From a virus, in IMG/VR virus record IMGVR_UViG_3300015241_000003: 60,936 nucleotides of DNA. The stretch is one strand, 5' to 3'. Under the pieces are notes generated by a model. That model did no database searches, had not been told where the DNA came from, and worked only from the letters and a program-made list of their open reading frames with translations. Shown here one piece after another: positions 18,425 to 27,029 of the stretch. The translations under genes and the position numbers were made by a program. Numbering within the stretch: position 1 is the first letter of the stretch; each line of letters starts with the position of its first letter.

Positions 18425-18607
18425 TCATTTTACGCTAGCCTCTTGCTTGGCTTGCTGCTCATCAAGTAGAGCCCACATCCTACCAATCTCCTCACGTGAA
18501 ATAACATGCTCAGCATTGCATCTACTACACCATAAATGGATACCATCGTGGCTGATGATAGCCAGTCTTCTATGAGTCGTATCGCAATTGATCGCACGTT
18601 TATTCAT
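18425..18607 (-). CDS. hypothetical small Cys/His protein (possible zinc ribbon)
   Basis: 60 aa with NCDTTH and WCSRCN motifs. Confidence 0.5.
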   Translation of the reverse strand: MNKRAINCDTTHRRLAIISHDGIHLWCSRCNAEHVISREEIGRMWALLDEQQAKQEASVK

Positions 18608-18898
18608 TCAAATAGCCCCTCTAAAATCACGATTCATCAATGCCTGCTTCAACACATCCTCGATACTATGAGTACCTGCAAACTTGATTGGAGGCTGGTA
18701 AGGCTTTGCAAGTACGGTCACGCAAGCGCCTCCCGAGATAGGCATGAGACACACACTCACCAGTTCCACAGGACCGCCTACCTCCTCAAGAAGATTATTG
18801 CATCCTTGTGCTATGGCAGTGTTGATGCCTTCTGCTTCTTGGCCTGCTACGAGGCCTACGGTTACAGTGGTGTAGAGCATCACGCCCTGCCTCTCCAT
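18608..18898 (-). CDS. hypothetical protein
   Basis: 96-aa ORF. An alternative ATG at 18880 would abut the upstream stop. Confidence 0.45.
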   Translation of the reverse strand: MERQGVMLYTTVTVGLVAGQEAEGINTAIAQGCNNLLEEVGGPVELVSVCLMPISGGACVTVLAKPYQPPIKFAGTHSIEDVLKQALMNRDFRGAI

Positions 18899-19080
18899 TC
18901 CTTGCTCATCCTTGCCTGACTTTTTTGCTTGCGAGGCTTAGGATATCGATATTGCTTAGCATAGGTATTCAGTCCGCCCTCTGTAATATTGACTTTAATG
19001 TGCTCAGATCCCACGTTTATTGATGTCCACTGAATAGGCGTTGTGTGATCAATAATGATAAATTGCGACATTTCATTCAT
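18880..19080 (-). CDS. hypothetical protein
   Basis: 66-aa ORF overlapping the portal stop by a few nt. Confidence 0.45.
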   Translation of the reverse strand: MNEMSQFIIIDHTTPIQWTSINVGSEHIKVNITEGGLNTYAKQYRYPKPRKQKSQARMSKEWRGRA

Positions 19081-21238
19081 CCTCCACTAGCGAATATGCA
19101 TACCGCTCGTCTCCAATCGCCAGCCATAGCAGGTCAAAGTCGAGATCAATAGCAGGAACGCTATTGATCGGCATAGGATCAGTAGCAGGGATGTATGAGA
19201 GCGTGATATGGGCCGTATAGCCATGTGTTGCATCAGGAGAGAAGCCAGCCACTTGCAAGGTTTGCACCAGATCTTGACGCCACTCAGGAAGCCCAGGCGC
19301 ATCTACAGAAGCATAGACAGGTGTAGGCTCACCATCGGGTACAGAAGTGAAACGGCCTATTCCTGATACTCTCGCCTTCAGAGCAAAAGCATTCTCGGCA
19401 TAGGTTTGCACTGCTTTCTTGAGTGCATCTATGTTCCCTAGTTGGCTCTTGTCTCCCAGGAATGCCAGTGTGCAATGCAGCTCGTCAATCGGCTCACCAG
19501 TGTCTAAGACTAACGCTTGGGACTCGCTAGGTTTCAGAAAGAATGCAACCATAACGCCAGTGTTGTTAGCCTCGGCCAGATCCTCTTTGAGCCATTGAAG
19601 AAGCTCTATTCCCATTGGTGGCGTACTGAGGATAGATAGAGCCTCTTTCTGCTTATTGTTCTGGGCCAAAAGTATCTTGGGATCATACTCTTCTGGCATA
19701 AAACGAAAACGCATATTATCCTCTTTCTTAGGAGGTTGCTTGTCCTCCGGTGGTTGGTTCCCATCTTTGCCCTGGTTATCAGGATTGCCTTGCCCTTGCT
19801 GCATAGCCTGCTGAGCTCCTTGCAATGAGAGCTGAGCTTGCTGATTTTGCTCGTCCTCTAGGGTCTGCATCCGTGCTACTGGAGTGATGACGTTGCCAGT
19901 GGTGATAGTAGGGACATCGCCGCCGGGTACATCGCCTTTCCCGCGTTCCTGCCGTGCTTCATTTCTGGTCAGCGTGCCATTGCCAATAGAGGTATTTTCG
20001 ATTGAGGCAATGTCCTTGTCATCCCTATAATCTGCATGACGCGTTTGTACTCTCCAATCAGGCACATTCAAACCCGTCTTTACTGCTCTATAATTCAGCT
20101 TCTCAAGTATCCTGTTCTCTAGTGGGATAACCTTATTGTAGATAAATGATTTATTCTGGCTCTCACCCGTTCCACCACCTATATTGCCACTTTCGATAAT
20201 GCCGAGCATAGCAGGTGGTACGCCGTACACAACAAGGGCTCTATCACGCTGCTTATCCTGACTCTTATCGAAGTCCATCTCGATAGAGCCCTTGCCGAAC
20301 TCTTTCAGCTCACCACCACCATACATCACAGGAGGCTTGTGAGCGTTCTGTATGCCTGTGTAGTTCTCTTCATACCATTTGAGGTAACGCGTTCCATCCT
20401 CCTCTTCAGATTCAGGCCCCATTGATACCCAATAACTAGGCTTGCCACCTTGCCTGAAGAACTTCTCTCCCCACGTGACCATGCTCCGATCTAAGAACAC
20501 CGGGTCCTTGAGCTTCTCGATAGGCGAGAGGGCTTTCTTCTTGGCACGCGGGTCTGGTAGCCACCATCTGATAATCTCGCGAGGTTCAAAGTCAACCGTC
20601 TCTGTATTCTTCTCTAAACGCTGAGTATAGCCTGTGATGACACCGTGCCTATCAAATCGTGTATTCATGGTGAGAGAGTCGATAGTGTAGAGGTTGCGTA
20701 CAAGCCCATCGGGACCATACACCATCTCGCAAAAGGCTTCACCAAAGATAAGCATGTCTGTAGCAATGGAGTTGAAAAACTGCAAGAAGTCTTCTTCTAC
20801 ATCCTCAAATGCGAATAACGCTTTGACCTTCGCCTCGTTGGTAGCATTCCCCTTGCCCTGCTCTATCTCAACCGTCTCCCATCCTCCTGAGATCATGCGC
20901 TCAGCAGTCGTATCTACACACCCTGATACCCATTGGTTTCCGCAGTAGACCTGATAATAGGTATCCTTCTTCTGCCGCTCGTCCAGGAAGCCTTCTTTCG
21001 TCTGCACACTGCCTAGACCTAGCGATGTATCATCCCATGCCATGCTGAGGTTCTTAGGACCTTTTGCTGGTAGAGCTTTCATTGGGCGCTTTGATGCTTC
21101 TTCCAAGCTAATAATGTTGCGCTCATACATCTCTGAAGTGTGAGAATTGCTATCAAATTTGGGGATATCGTAGGGACGTTCCATCACACGGGAGCGCCGT
21201 TTGCGCGTGCGTATCCAGTTGGGAAAGCTTATCGCCAT
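19073..21238 (-). CDS. portal protein with C-terminal 2H phosphoesterase (LigT/2',5'-phosphodiesterase-like) domain
   Basis: 721-aa ORF downstream of the large terminase with a GAGGTGA RBS. A Q/P-rich linker precedes a C-terminal domain. That domain carries two H-x-T-L motifs, HCTL (codon 19475-19477) and HITL (19208-19210). Confidence 0.7.
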   Translation of the reverse strand: MAISFPNWIRTRKRRSRVMERPYDIPKFDSNSHTSEMYERNIISLEEASKRPMKALPAKGPKNLSMAWDDTSLGLGSVQTKEGFLDERQKKDTYYQVYCGNQWVSGCVDTTAERMISGGWETVEIEQGKGNATNEAKVKALFAFEDVEEDFLQFFNSIATDMLIFGEAFCEMVYGPDGLVRNLYTIDSLTMNTRFDRHGVITGYTQRLEKNTETVDFEPREIIRWWLPDPRAKKKALSPIEKLKDPVFLDRSMVTWGEKFFRQGGKPSYWVSMGPESEEEDGTRYLKWYEENYTGIQNAHKPPVMYGGGELKEFGKGSIEMDFDKSQDKQRDRALVVYGVPPAMLGIIESGNIGGGTGESQNKSFIYNKVIPLENRILEKLNYRAVKTGLNVPDWRVQTRHADYRDDKDIASIENTSIGNGTLTRNEARQERGKGDVPGGDVPTITTGNVITPVARMQTLEDEQNQQAQLSLQGAQQAMQQGQGNPDNQGKDGNQPPEDKQPPKKEDNMRFRFMPEEYDPKILLAQNNKQKEALSILSTPPMGIELLQWLKEDLAEANNTGVMVAFFLKPSESQALVLDTGEPIDELHCTLAFLGDKSQLGNIDALKKAVQTYAENAFALKARVSGIGRFTSVPDGEPTPVYASVDAPGLPEWRQDLVQTLQVAGFSPDATHGYTAHITLSYIPATDPMPINSVPAIDLDFDLLWLAIGDERYAYSLVEDE

Positions 21239-21246
21239 GTATCACC

Positions 21247-21690
21247 TCATTCCGTACTAGATAGCAGGTCTCTAGCCTGATGATATGCCTTATCAATAAC
21301 CTTTTGCATTTCTTTCTCTCTATCAGACATTGGCGTATCTGATGTTGGCAAAAACTTCTGATTGCACATACAGTTCAATAAGTGCTCAAAGAGTCCCCTG
21401 TCTATAGTGATATCTTTACTTGCGCCGCTTTTATACGCCTCAATGATAGGCAAGATATGAGCAACCTCGTCCCTGTCAGATTGTTTTTCCTGCTCTGATA
21501 GCTCTTTATAGGGAGTCCGTATCTGTCTCTCCCATCGGTCTAGTGACTCTTTAGGAATACAGAGATGGCTATGACCATCAGTGCCTTCTACCGCCTCACA
21601 CTCTCCAATGAGGTGGGCCATCCATCCTGACCATCCATCATGTTCTTTGTCGGCTAATTGCTCTATAAGCTCTTTTTCGCTCATCTCCAT
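21247..21690 (-). CDS. hypothetical protein with RyR-like domain
   Basis: LADKEHDGWSGWM ... TPYKELSEQEKQSDRDEV matches the RyR-domain pattern (HE.W..GW...PY.eLsE.EK..dRd). Confidence 0.45.
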   Translation of the reverse strand: MEMSEKELIEQLADKEHDGWSGWMAHLIGECEAVEGTDGHSHLCIPKESLDRWERQIRTPYKELSEQEKQSDRDEVAHILPIIEAYKSGASKDITIDRGLFEHLLNCMCNQKFLPTSDTPMSDREKEMQKVIDKAYHQARDLLSSTE

Positions 21691-23111
21691 GCTAGTTCAT
21701 CCTCCTCTTCATACAATTGTCTCTCTTGCTCCTCTTCAGTTGGCTTGTGGACGACCATACCGCCTACTGCATTGTTACCTGTCATCAGCTCAGTAAATGC
21801 CCACACATTCGCGTCTAGACGATCTGGAGACCTTTCACCAGGACACCAATTGCACTGCTGGTCTTCGGTATCTGGAAACACGCCCACGTGATGGATAAGG
21901 GCACGCTGGTAGAGATCTGAGATAGGCTCAGCTCGTAACTGTTTCCCGCGTGTCGCTCTCACTGCCTTAAACTTGATATTCCCTAGCTTCTTTTCCTTGG
22001 CAATATTGCGAACTATTGTACCTACCATCTCACCTCCATTATTGACCTCACCAACGATACAATCAGCTTGAAATATATCGTATGCCTTCACCGCTGCGCT
22101 TGCCCATTCGTTCGGAGTGCCTATCATCGAATAGTCTGCAAGCATGTAACCCTGATTGTCGACCCCCAGACCTGCTACGATGATACCAGCCTCCGCAGGA
22201 TCTTCGCTCGTTTCCAAGCTCGCAGCAGGCGGGTCCACTGCTACCACAATGCGCTTTAGCTCAGGGCATTCCCGTACCCTGTTATCATCTATCCAATCCC
22301 GCTTCCAGAGAGCCCCATCAATATCATCTACAACCTCCCCATCTATCTCTTGCTTGCCTAAACGTGTCCCTTTATATTTTCTATCTATTTCATGAATAAA
22401 ACGCTTTGAGAGATTATCACTATTATCATATGTTGAGCCTTTTGTTACAATGGTGTTAGGCTCTTTCAGCAAGGCTTTCATGGCCTTCGTGTTGCGCGGG
22501 GTGGTCGTCACCACACATTGCGGTTGCACGCCTGGAGCTGGGTCAATACGAAGCCCAAACATGAGTTGATCCCAAGAATCATCGTACTGCCAAGCTGCTC
22601 GCTCATCTGCCCATGCAAAGGAGTGCTGTGGCCCTCTTAGCTGGTCTGGCTGGTCTGCGCTATAGGTTGTGGCATAAGAGCCGTTGGGCCATGTGATCCG
22701 TCGCTGCGATGGGACATATTCCGGTTGAAACCATATCGGCGAGATAGGCATAATACCGGATCTGCCATTCACCATCACATTGCGGACATCGGCAACGGTA
22801 CGGCCCACGAGTGCTATGTGGCACCCTGGATATTCGAGTGCCTTTTCGATGACCCACTCGGCACCCGTCCTGGTCTTTCCCCAACCTCTACCAGCTCTCA
22901 CAACCCAAGTAGACCAGTTACCCGGCGGCGTTAATTGATTGTCCCTTGCCCACGCTTTCCAGGTGTATTTAAGTGTTAAAGCCCGTTCAGGTGGTGATTT
23001 TTTAATGTACTCATACTTTCGCTTCCTTGACCATTGGGCAAATTCACGAAAGAGCCTGAACTCTTGCTCAGGTGTGATGTCAGCTTTGGTTAGTTTTTTC
23101 TTGACCTTCAT
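21681..23111 (-). CDS. terL: terminase large subunit
   Basis: 476 aa with Walker A AGRGWGKTRTGAEW, a nuclease-type C-terminal half, and a position after the small terminase. Confidence 0.9.
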   Translation of the reverse strand: MKVKKKLTKADITPEQEFRLFREFAQWSRKRKYEYIKKSPPERALTLKYTWKAWARDNQLTPPGNWSTWVVRAGRGWGKTRTGAEWVIEKALEYPGCHIALVGRTVADVRNVMVNGRSGIMPISPIWFQPEYVPSQRRITWPNGSYATTYSADQPDQLRGPQHSFAWADERAAWQYDDSWDQLMFGLRIDPAPGVQPQCVVTTTPRNTKAMKALLKEPNTIVTKGSTYDNSDNLSKRFIHEIDRKYKGTRLGKQEIDGEVVDDIDGALWKRDWIDDNRVRECPELKRIVVAVDPPAASLETSEDPAEAGIIVAGLGVDNQGYMLADYSMIGTPNEWASAAVKAYDIFQADCIVGEVNNGGEMVGTIVRNIAKEKKLGNIKFKAVRATRGKQLRAEPISDLYQRALIHHVGVFPDTEDQQCNWCPGERSPDRLDANVWAFTELMTGNNAVGGMVVHKPTEEEQERQLYEEEDELAWR

Positions 23112-23685
23112 CCTTCGCTGACTCTTCTTCTGCTGACGATACTAGATCATTTAATAGCTCGTTCTTAGCATTCGTTGCCATTGCATTGATTTCATTGAAG
23201 ATATTGATTTCAGGCTGTTTATCTTTGTATTCTGGAAGATTAGCTTTTGCCCATCCGAGCTGTAGAGATGTATCCCACTTGTGAATGTAGACCACATCAC
23301 CACGTTGCATGATCTGACGGCCCTGATCGTCAAGCTTCTGATCGCCATTTTCGTCAAGCACCGGAGTGTACTCATAGACGACTCGGTTCATGCTCAAGGC
23401 TATCTCTTTCCATCCATAGGCAGCTCGTTGGAAGATAGCGCTACGGATGATATCCTTGGCACGCTCTATCGATGCATCCCAATCTTTCGCGAATTGCTCG
23501 TCTGCCTCACGCCACTCATACGCAGTTTTGCGAGATATGTTAGCCACATCACAGGCCAAAGACACATTTGGATCCTTGCAGAGAGAAGCAATAAACAATG
23601 CTTTCGCCTCTTTACGCTCTTGGGCGTTCATAGGACCCTTGCGCGTAATAGGTGTCACCTTGTTAACTTTGTGCTCATTGTCCAT
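23080..23685 (-). CDS. terS: terminase small subunit (HTH-containing)
   Basis: 201 aa immediately upstream of and overlapping terL. The N-terminal HTH reads NVSLACDVANISRKTAYEWREADEQF. Confidence 0.6.
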   Translation of the reverse strand: MDNEHKVNKVTPITRKGPMNAQERKEAKALFIASLCKDPNVSLACDVANISRKTAYEWREADEQFAKDWDASIERAKDIIRSAIFQRAAYGWKEIALSMNRVVYEYTPVLDENGDQKLDDQGRQIMQRGDVVYIHKWDTSLQLGWAKANLPEYKDKQPEINIFNEINAMATNAKNELLNDLVSSAEEESAKDEGQEKTNQS

Positions 23686-23700
23686 CGCCCACTCTCTTAG

Positions 23701-23799
23701 CTACCACGGCGGATTCCTTATCAGTTCGATGTAGAAGATCAGAACAATACCTGCAATCGTCGCCACTATCCCTACACCGAGCCCTATCAAAAACTGCAT
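23701..23799 (-). CDS. possible 32-aa single-TM peptide
   Basis: ATG..TAG ORF encoding MQFLIGLGVGIVATIAGIVLIFYIELIRNPPW. It is below the ORF-track size cutoff. Confidence 0.3.
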   Translation of the reverse strand: MQFLIGLGVGIVATIAGIVLIFYIELIRNPPW

Positions 23800-23800
23800 G

Positions 23801-24166
23801 CTACTCCTCATAATCGTCCTCAGCGTAGATCGCAGCCTCATCATAATTCCCCACGACGAGCGGTTTCACTTCCATATGCTCACTAATCGGCTCCCACTCT
23901 GCTACTGGATAATCGCCATATTCATCAGGCTTCGTCCAGATACGCCACGATTTACCGCAATTGACGCACATGCGGATAGCACAGTATGCACCGCCATAGG
24001 CGCGATAGTGGCCCTTGTGGTTACACTCTTCTTCATCCATATGTGTAATTGTACCATAACATACAGGAATAGATATAGTGCTACCTATACCTATGAAGAA
24101 TAGATTGAACTGAGAGCGATCTGAGGGCATATTGGAGGGTAGGTACTCTGTATCAAAGAGGCTCAT
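23801..24166 (-). CDS. hypothetical Cys-rich protein
   Basis: 121-aa ORF with an AAAGGG RBS and CNHKGH...CVNCG motifs. Confidence 0.5.
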   Translation of the reverse strand: MSLFDTEYLPSNMPSDRSQFNLFFIGIGSTISIPVCYGTITHMDEEECNHKGHYRAYGGAYCAIRMCVNCGKSWRIWTKPDEYGDYPVAEWEPISEHMEVKPLVVGNYDEAAIYAEDDYEE

Positions 24167-24298
24167 GCATGCCCTTTGTGAGTCATCCTGTGAGCATGAA
24201 AATGGACTCCTCGGGGTTGCAATAGATGCAAAAGTGTGAGAGGAGTCCTTCCGTTAAGGTTTGTGTATTGGATCGTGTTTACAGATCTGACGCCAGTA

Positions 24299-24371
24299 TA
24301 GCACATACCAGATTTGAACTGGTGACTTTCTGCCTGAGAAGCAGACGGCCTAACCACTAGCCTAATGTGCC
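24299..24371 (-). tRNA. tRNA-Glu (anticodon CUC)
   Basis: 73-nt cloverleaf folded by hand. Acceptor is GGCACAT/ATGTGCT with G1-U72. The D-arm is GGCT/GGCC and the anticodon arm is TCTGC-TTCTCAG-GCAGA. The T-arm is ACCAG-TTCAAAT-CTGGT, position 73 is A, and no CCA is encoded. Confidence 0.85.
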
Positions 24372-24376
24372 ATGAA

Positions 24377-24449
24377 TAGCGCATAGCAGACTCGAACTGC
24401 TAATCTCTACATTGAAAGTGTAGTGGCTTAACCATTCGCCCAATGCGCC
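24377..24449 (-). tRNA. tRNA-Glu (anticodon UUC)
   Basis: 73-nt cloverleaf. Acceptor is GGCGCAT/ATGCGCT with G1-U72. The anticodon arm is CTACA-CTTTCAA-TGTAG and the T-arm is AGCAG-TTCGAGT-CTGCT. Position 73 is A and no CCA is encoded. Confidence 0.85.
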
Positions 24450-24673
24450 CAATGAGAGGCTATGAGCGCCTGTGTGCGGGCTACTTTACACAGACTCACC
24501 GCAACATACTCGAGTTCATTGCAGCTACTGATACCACTACACCAGCACGCCCGATTGTTGGCTGTTTTGGTATTCTTGCAGTACCCTCCAACGGGTCAAT
24601 CCTCTGGCAACAGCCATTCCACATACTAGCCCTGCGCCTCTCAAGAATGGCTGCTCTCATCTTAGCAGAGGCG

Positions 24674-24898
24674 TCAATCGGCTCTTGCTCTATTTCTCAT
24701 CACAGCAGACTCAACATCTGCTCGATTGTAGAGCAGATGCACACCGTCACTCGTCTGAAATCGAATTGGTTGATGCTTCCTTCTTGCCAATTGTCGGATG
24801 TATCGCGCAGGGATCGGACGCCCCATTTTGAGAGAAAGAATACGAGCAGCATCAGATGCACAGATATAGTCAGTAAGAGCGGCAATCTTTTTCGCCAT
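24674..24898 (-). CDS. HTH DNA-binding protein (MerR/excisionase-like), paralogue of 42721-42984
   Basis: Start placed at ATG 24898 (GGAGG RBS). SDAARILSLKMGRPIPARYIRQL...DGVHLLYNRADVE aligns with the 42721 product. Confidence 0.6.
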   Translation of the reverse strand: MAKKIAALTDYICASDAARILSLKMGRPIPARYIRQLARRKHQPIRFQTSDGVHLLYNRADVESAVMRNRARAD

Positions 24899-24953
24899 AG
24901 CATGCACCTCCAGAGCTTATTGTACCTTCTCATGGCAAATAATAGAGAATAAG

Positions 24954-25003
24954 AGCCATATGGCCGAAAAGTAGTCAAAATATAGAAGCCATATGGCCGA
25001 AAA
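24954..25003. repeat. two 17-bp direct repeats AGCCATATGGCCGAAAA, 33 bp apart (putative operators)
   Basis: Exact copies at 24954-24970 and 24987-25003. Each contains the palindrome GCCATATGGC. They lie upstream of the 24898 HTH gene. Confidence 0.7.
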
Positions 25004-25010
25004 ACAGAGA

Positions 25011-25046
25011 AATAGCTTCTGTAAATTAGGGTTTACAGAAGCTATT
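25011..25046 (-). terminator. intrinsic terminator (perfect 15-bp stem)
   Basis: AATAGCTTCTGTAAA / TTTACAGAAGCTATT, followed on the minus strand by TCTCTGTTTTTCGG. Confidence 0.7.
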
Positions 25047-25091
25047 CGAAGCTATCAGAGCGGTGCCCATTTCACAGCTTTTCATCACCAT

Positions 25092-25250
25092 TCACTCATA
25101 CTTTCCCTCTTGCTCATCCCATTCTCTTAGTAGCATTTCTCGCAACCAATGAGCCAAGTAAGCAAAGTAGATAGTGCTACCCATGAAGAGAAGTATAAGC
25201 AGAGATGCGCCTATAGCCAGAACTATGAAATCATGACCACAATCACTCAT
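25092..25250 (-). CDS. possible 52-aa membrane protein
   Basis: ATG overlaps the upstream stop (ATGAGTGA). The product is MSDCGHDFIVLAIGASLLILLFMGSTIYFAYLAHWL.. and ends EGKYE, like its upstream neighbour. Confidence 0.4.
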   Translation of the reverse strand: MSDCGHDFIVLAIGASLLILLFMGSTIYFAYLAHWLREMLLREWDEQEGKYE

Positions 25251-25590
25251 ACTTTCCTTCTCTCTCTTCTTCTATCACTTTACATTCACTCTTAGGTATC
25301 CACTTGGGAATACTGTCGCTTTGCTGAAATCTGTCATTCTTCCATCTCACGTTGTACAGATTTGCTGTCTCCTCTATTATCCATACTTCATGATATCCAC
25401 TGCTATAGTCTCTTACCCGACCTGTAAAGATATTCGTGGCCTCTATATCAGCCTGAACAAGCCCTCTTCTACATGTAGAATATTCTTTCTCCTCTATCCG
25501 TACAATTATCCACGATGCTAGTGTAGCTCCTCCAAAGATAAGAAGTGTCATCCCGACTATACACAAGATTGGTATAAGATTATCCATCAT
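25243..25590 (-). CDS. membrane-anchored hypothetical protein
   Basis: 115 aa with an N-terminal TM segment, LIPILCIVGMTLLIFGGATLASWIIV. Confidence 0.5.
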   Translation of the reverse strand: MMDNLIPILCIVGMTLLIFGGATLASWIIVRIEEKEYSTCRRGLVQADIEATNIFTGRVRDYSSGYHEVWIIEETANLYNVRWKNDRFQQSDSIPKWIPKSECKVIEEEREGKYE

Positions 25591-25945
25591 TCTTTCCTTC
25601 TTTCTTTCCCCAGAAAGCTTCTATTCTCTCATCTAGCTTAATGAAATGATAAGCACTTATACCATCAATAGGCACAACCTTACAGGCTAGCTTCTTCCAT
25701 TCCCTTAATAGCTCCTCAGCCTCTCTCATACGTGCATCCTCAGTACCTAGAATATCAAGCATACTCACATCAAGTGCTTTTGCTAGTGCTCTCAGCTTCT
25801 CTTCAGTTGGTATACTCCCTCCGCTCTCAATCAGATAGAGGTAGCTTCGTGACACTCCTGAGCGTCTTGCAAGCTCACTGAGCGAATAACCCCGTATCTT
25901 GCGATATGAGCTGATACGCTGTCCTGAGCCCTCTTCTTCTTTCAC
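25580..25945 (-). CDS. XRE-family HTH transcriptional regulator
   Basis: The HTH reads YSLSELARRSGVSRSYLYLIESG. Start is probably GTG 25945, overlapping the upstream stop; the ORF track extends to 25984. Confidence 0.7.
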   Translation of the reverse strand: MKEEEGSGQRISSYRKIRGYSLSELARRSGVSRSYLYLIESGGSIPTEEKLRALAKALDVSMLDILGTEDARMREAEELLREWKKLACKVVPIDGISAYHFIKLDERIEAFWGKKEGKNDG

Positions 25946-26406
25946 TCTATCTCTACTCCTACTACTTTCAATGCAGCTAAGCAAATAGCTTCTGACGCAC
26001 TTGTTTTTGAGTAGCCATATCCTACTTTGATGGATGTATTCACCTCTCTTTTATATGCCGTGATGCCATACTTATACGGATAACCAGCATCCATAAATAT
26101 GCACATATCAAACTGTTCATACAGCTTCTCTACAATCTTCCATGCTGCATTCATGTCAGTGCTGTACTTTGGTACATCTACCTTTGGCGGGTGCTCTTTG
26201 GGGATATTATCCTCACTATCGCTATACCCTACCAGCTCACACGTGTCACAAGCTATTTGCCAGTAGCTGTACGCCGTTCCACCTGCACGTGAGGGAACTT
26301 TCACGTGACTAGCTATGAGCTTGCCCGGACACACAGCAGCATGACCCATCACCTTTTCATGCACGAGTCTATCACGCTGCTCAGCACTCAATTCATCCCA
26401 TTTCAT
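25942..26406 (-). CDS. hypothetical protein (possible phage ABA-sandwich-type domain)
   Basis: 154 aa. The PKYSTDMNAAWKIVEKL motif recalls that domain family. Confidence 0.4.
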   Translation of the reverse strand: MKWDELSAEQRDRLVHEKVMGHAAVCPGKLIASHVKVPSRAGGTAYSYWQIACDTCELVGYSDSEDNIPKEHPPKVDVPKYSTDMNAAWKIVEKLYEQFDMCIFMDAGYPYKYGITAYKREVNTSIKVGYGYSKTSASEAICLAALKVVGVEIE

Positions 26407-27029
26407 ATCATCAAATCCCTCTCTACATCATGCCAATCATGCCAGCCGTATCGCGCAGCATTCTCACCCAGGTTCGCAATCGCCCTGATGAGAATAGCGG
26501 TCGCCTGTGCATCCCACAACGCCCTGTGCTGCTGTGGGCCAAGCAAAATATCTTGCTGAGCTAAAGCCTCTTCTAGTTTCTGCCAAGCTGGCTCGAAATA
26601 GCCGTATCTGTTCGGCTCGCCATAGAACGCGGCGTACTCGAGCATAGCACAATGCCACGTCAGCTCAGGCAATGTGACGTTGTGAGCATTGGCTGTATGA
26701 GCCAGCCTACCCGAGTCGAACTTAGCATTGTAGGCTATGATCGACTTGCCTCTGATTAGCTCTAGGATTGAAATCCAGGCCTCTGCAAAACAAGGGCTAT
26801 CAATTATCATGGATGCATCGATATGATGCACACGTGTGGCCTGAGCCTCAATAGGGCATGCTGGAGAGAGGAGACTATCGTAGAGGACATTTCCCTGGAT
26901 ATCGACAATAGCCAGGTCGATGATTTCACCTTTTAATCCTGTGGTTTCTGTATCGAGAACAACATATTTATCGCTCTCGACGACTTCTCTACACCAATCT
27001 ATAAAGCTTCCTTCTATTCTCTTAATCAT
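26403..27029 (-). CDS. DEDDh 3'-5' exonuclease (DnaQ/epsilon-like)
   Basis: ExoI VVLDTETTGL, ExoII IIAYNAKFDSGRL and ExoIII HRALWDAQAT motifs are present. Confidence 0.85.
   Translation of the reverse strand: MIKRIEGSFIDWCREVVESDKYVVLDTETTGLKGEIIDLAIVDIQGNVLYDSLLSPACPIEAQATRVHHIDASMIIDSPCFAEAWISILELIRGKSIIAYNAKFDSGRLAHTANAHNVTLPELTWHCAMLEYAAFYGEPNRYGYFEPAWQKLEEALAQQDILLGPQQHRALWDAQATAILIRAIANLGENAARYGWHDWHDVERDLMI

Noticed and set aside
24163-24384. A 73-aa minus-strand ORF.
   Set aside because: It overlaps the tRNA-Glu(CUC) gene and the start of tRNA-Glu(UUC), so the tRNA sequences account for the open frame.
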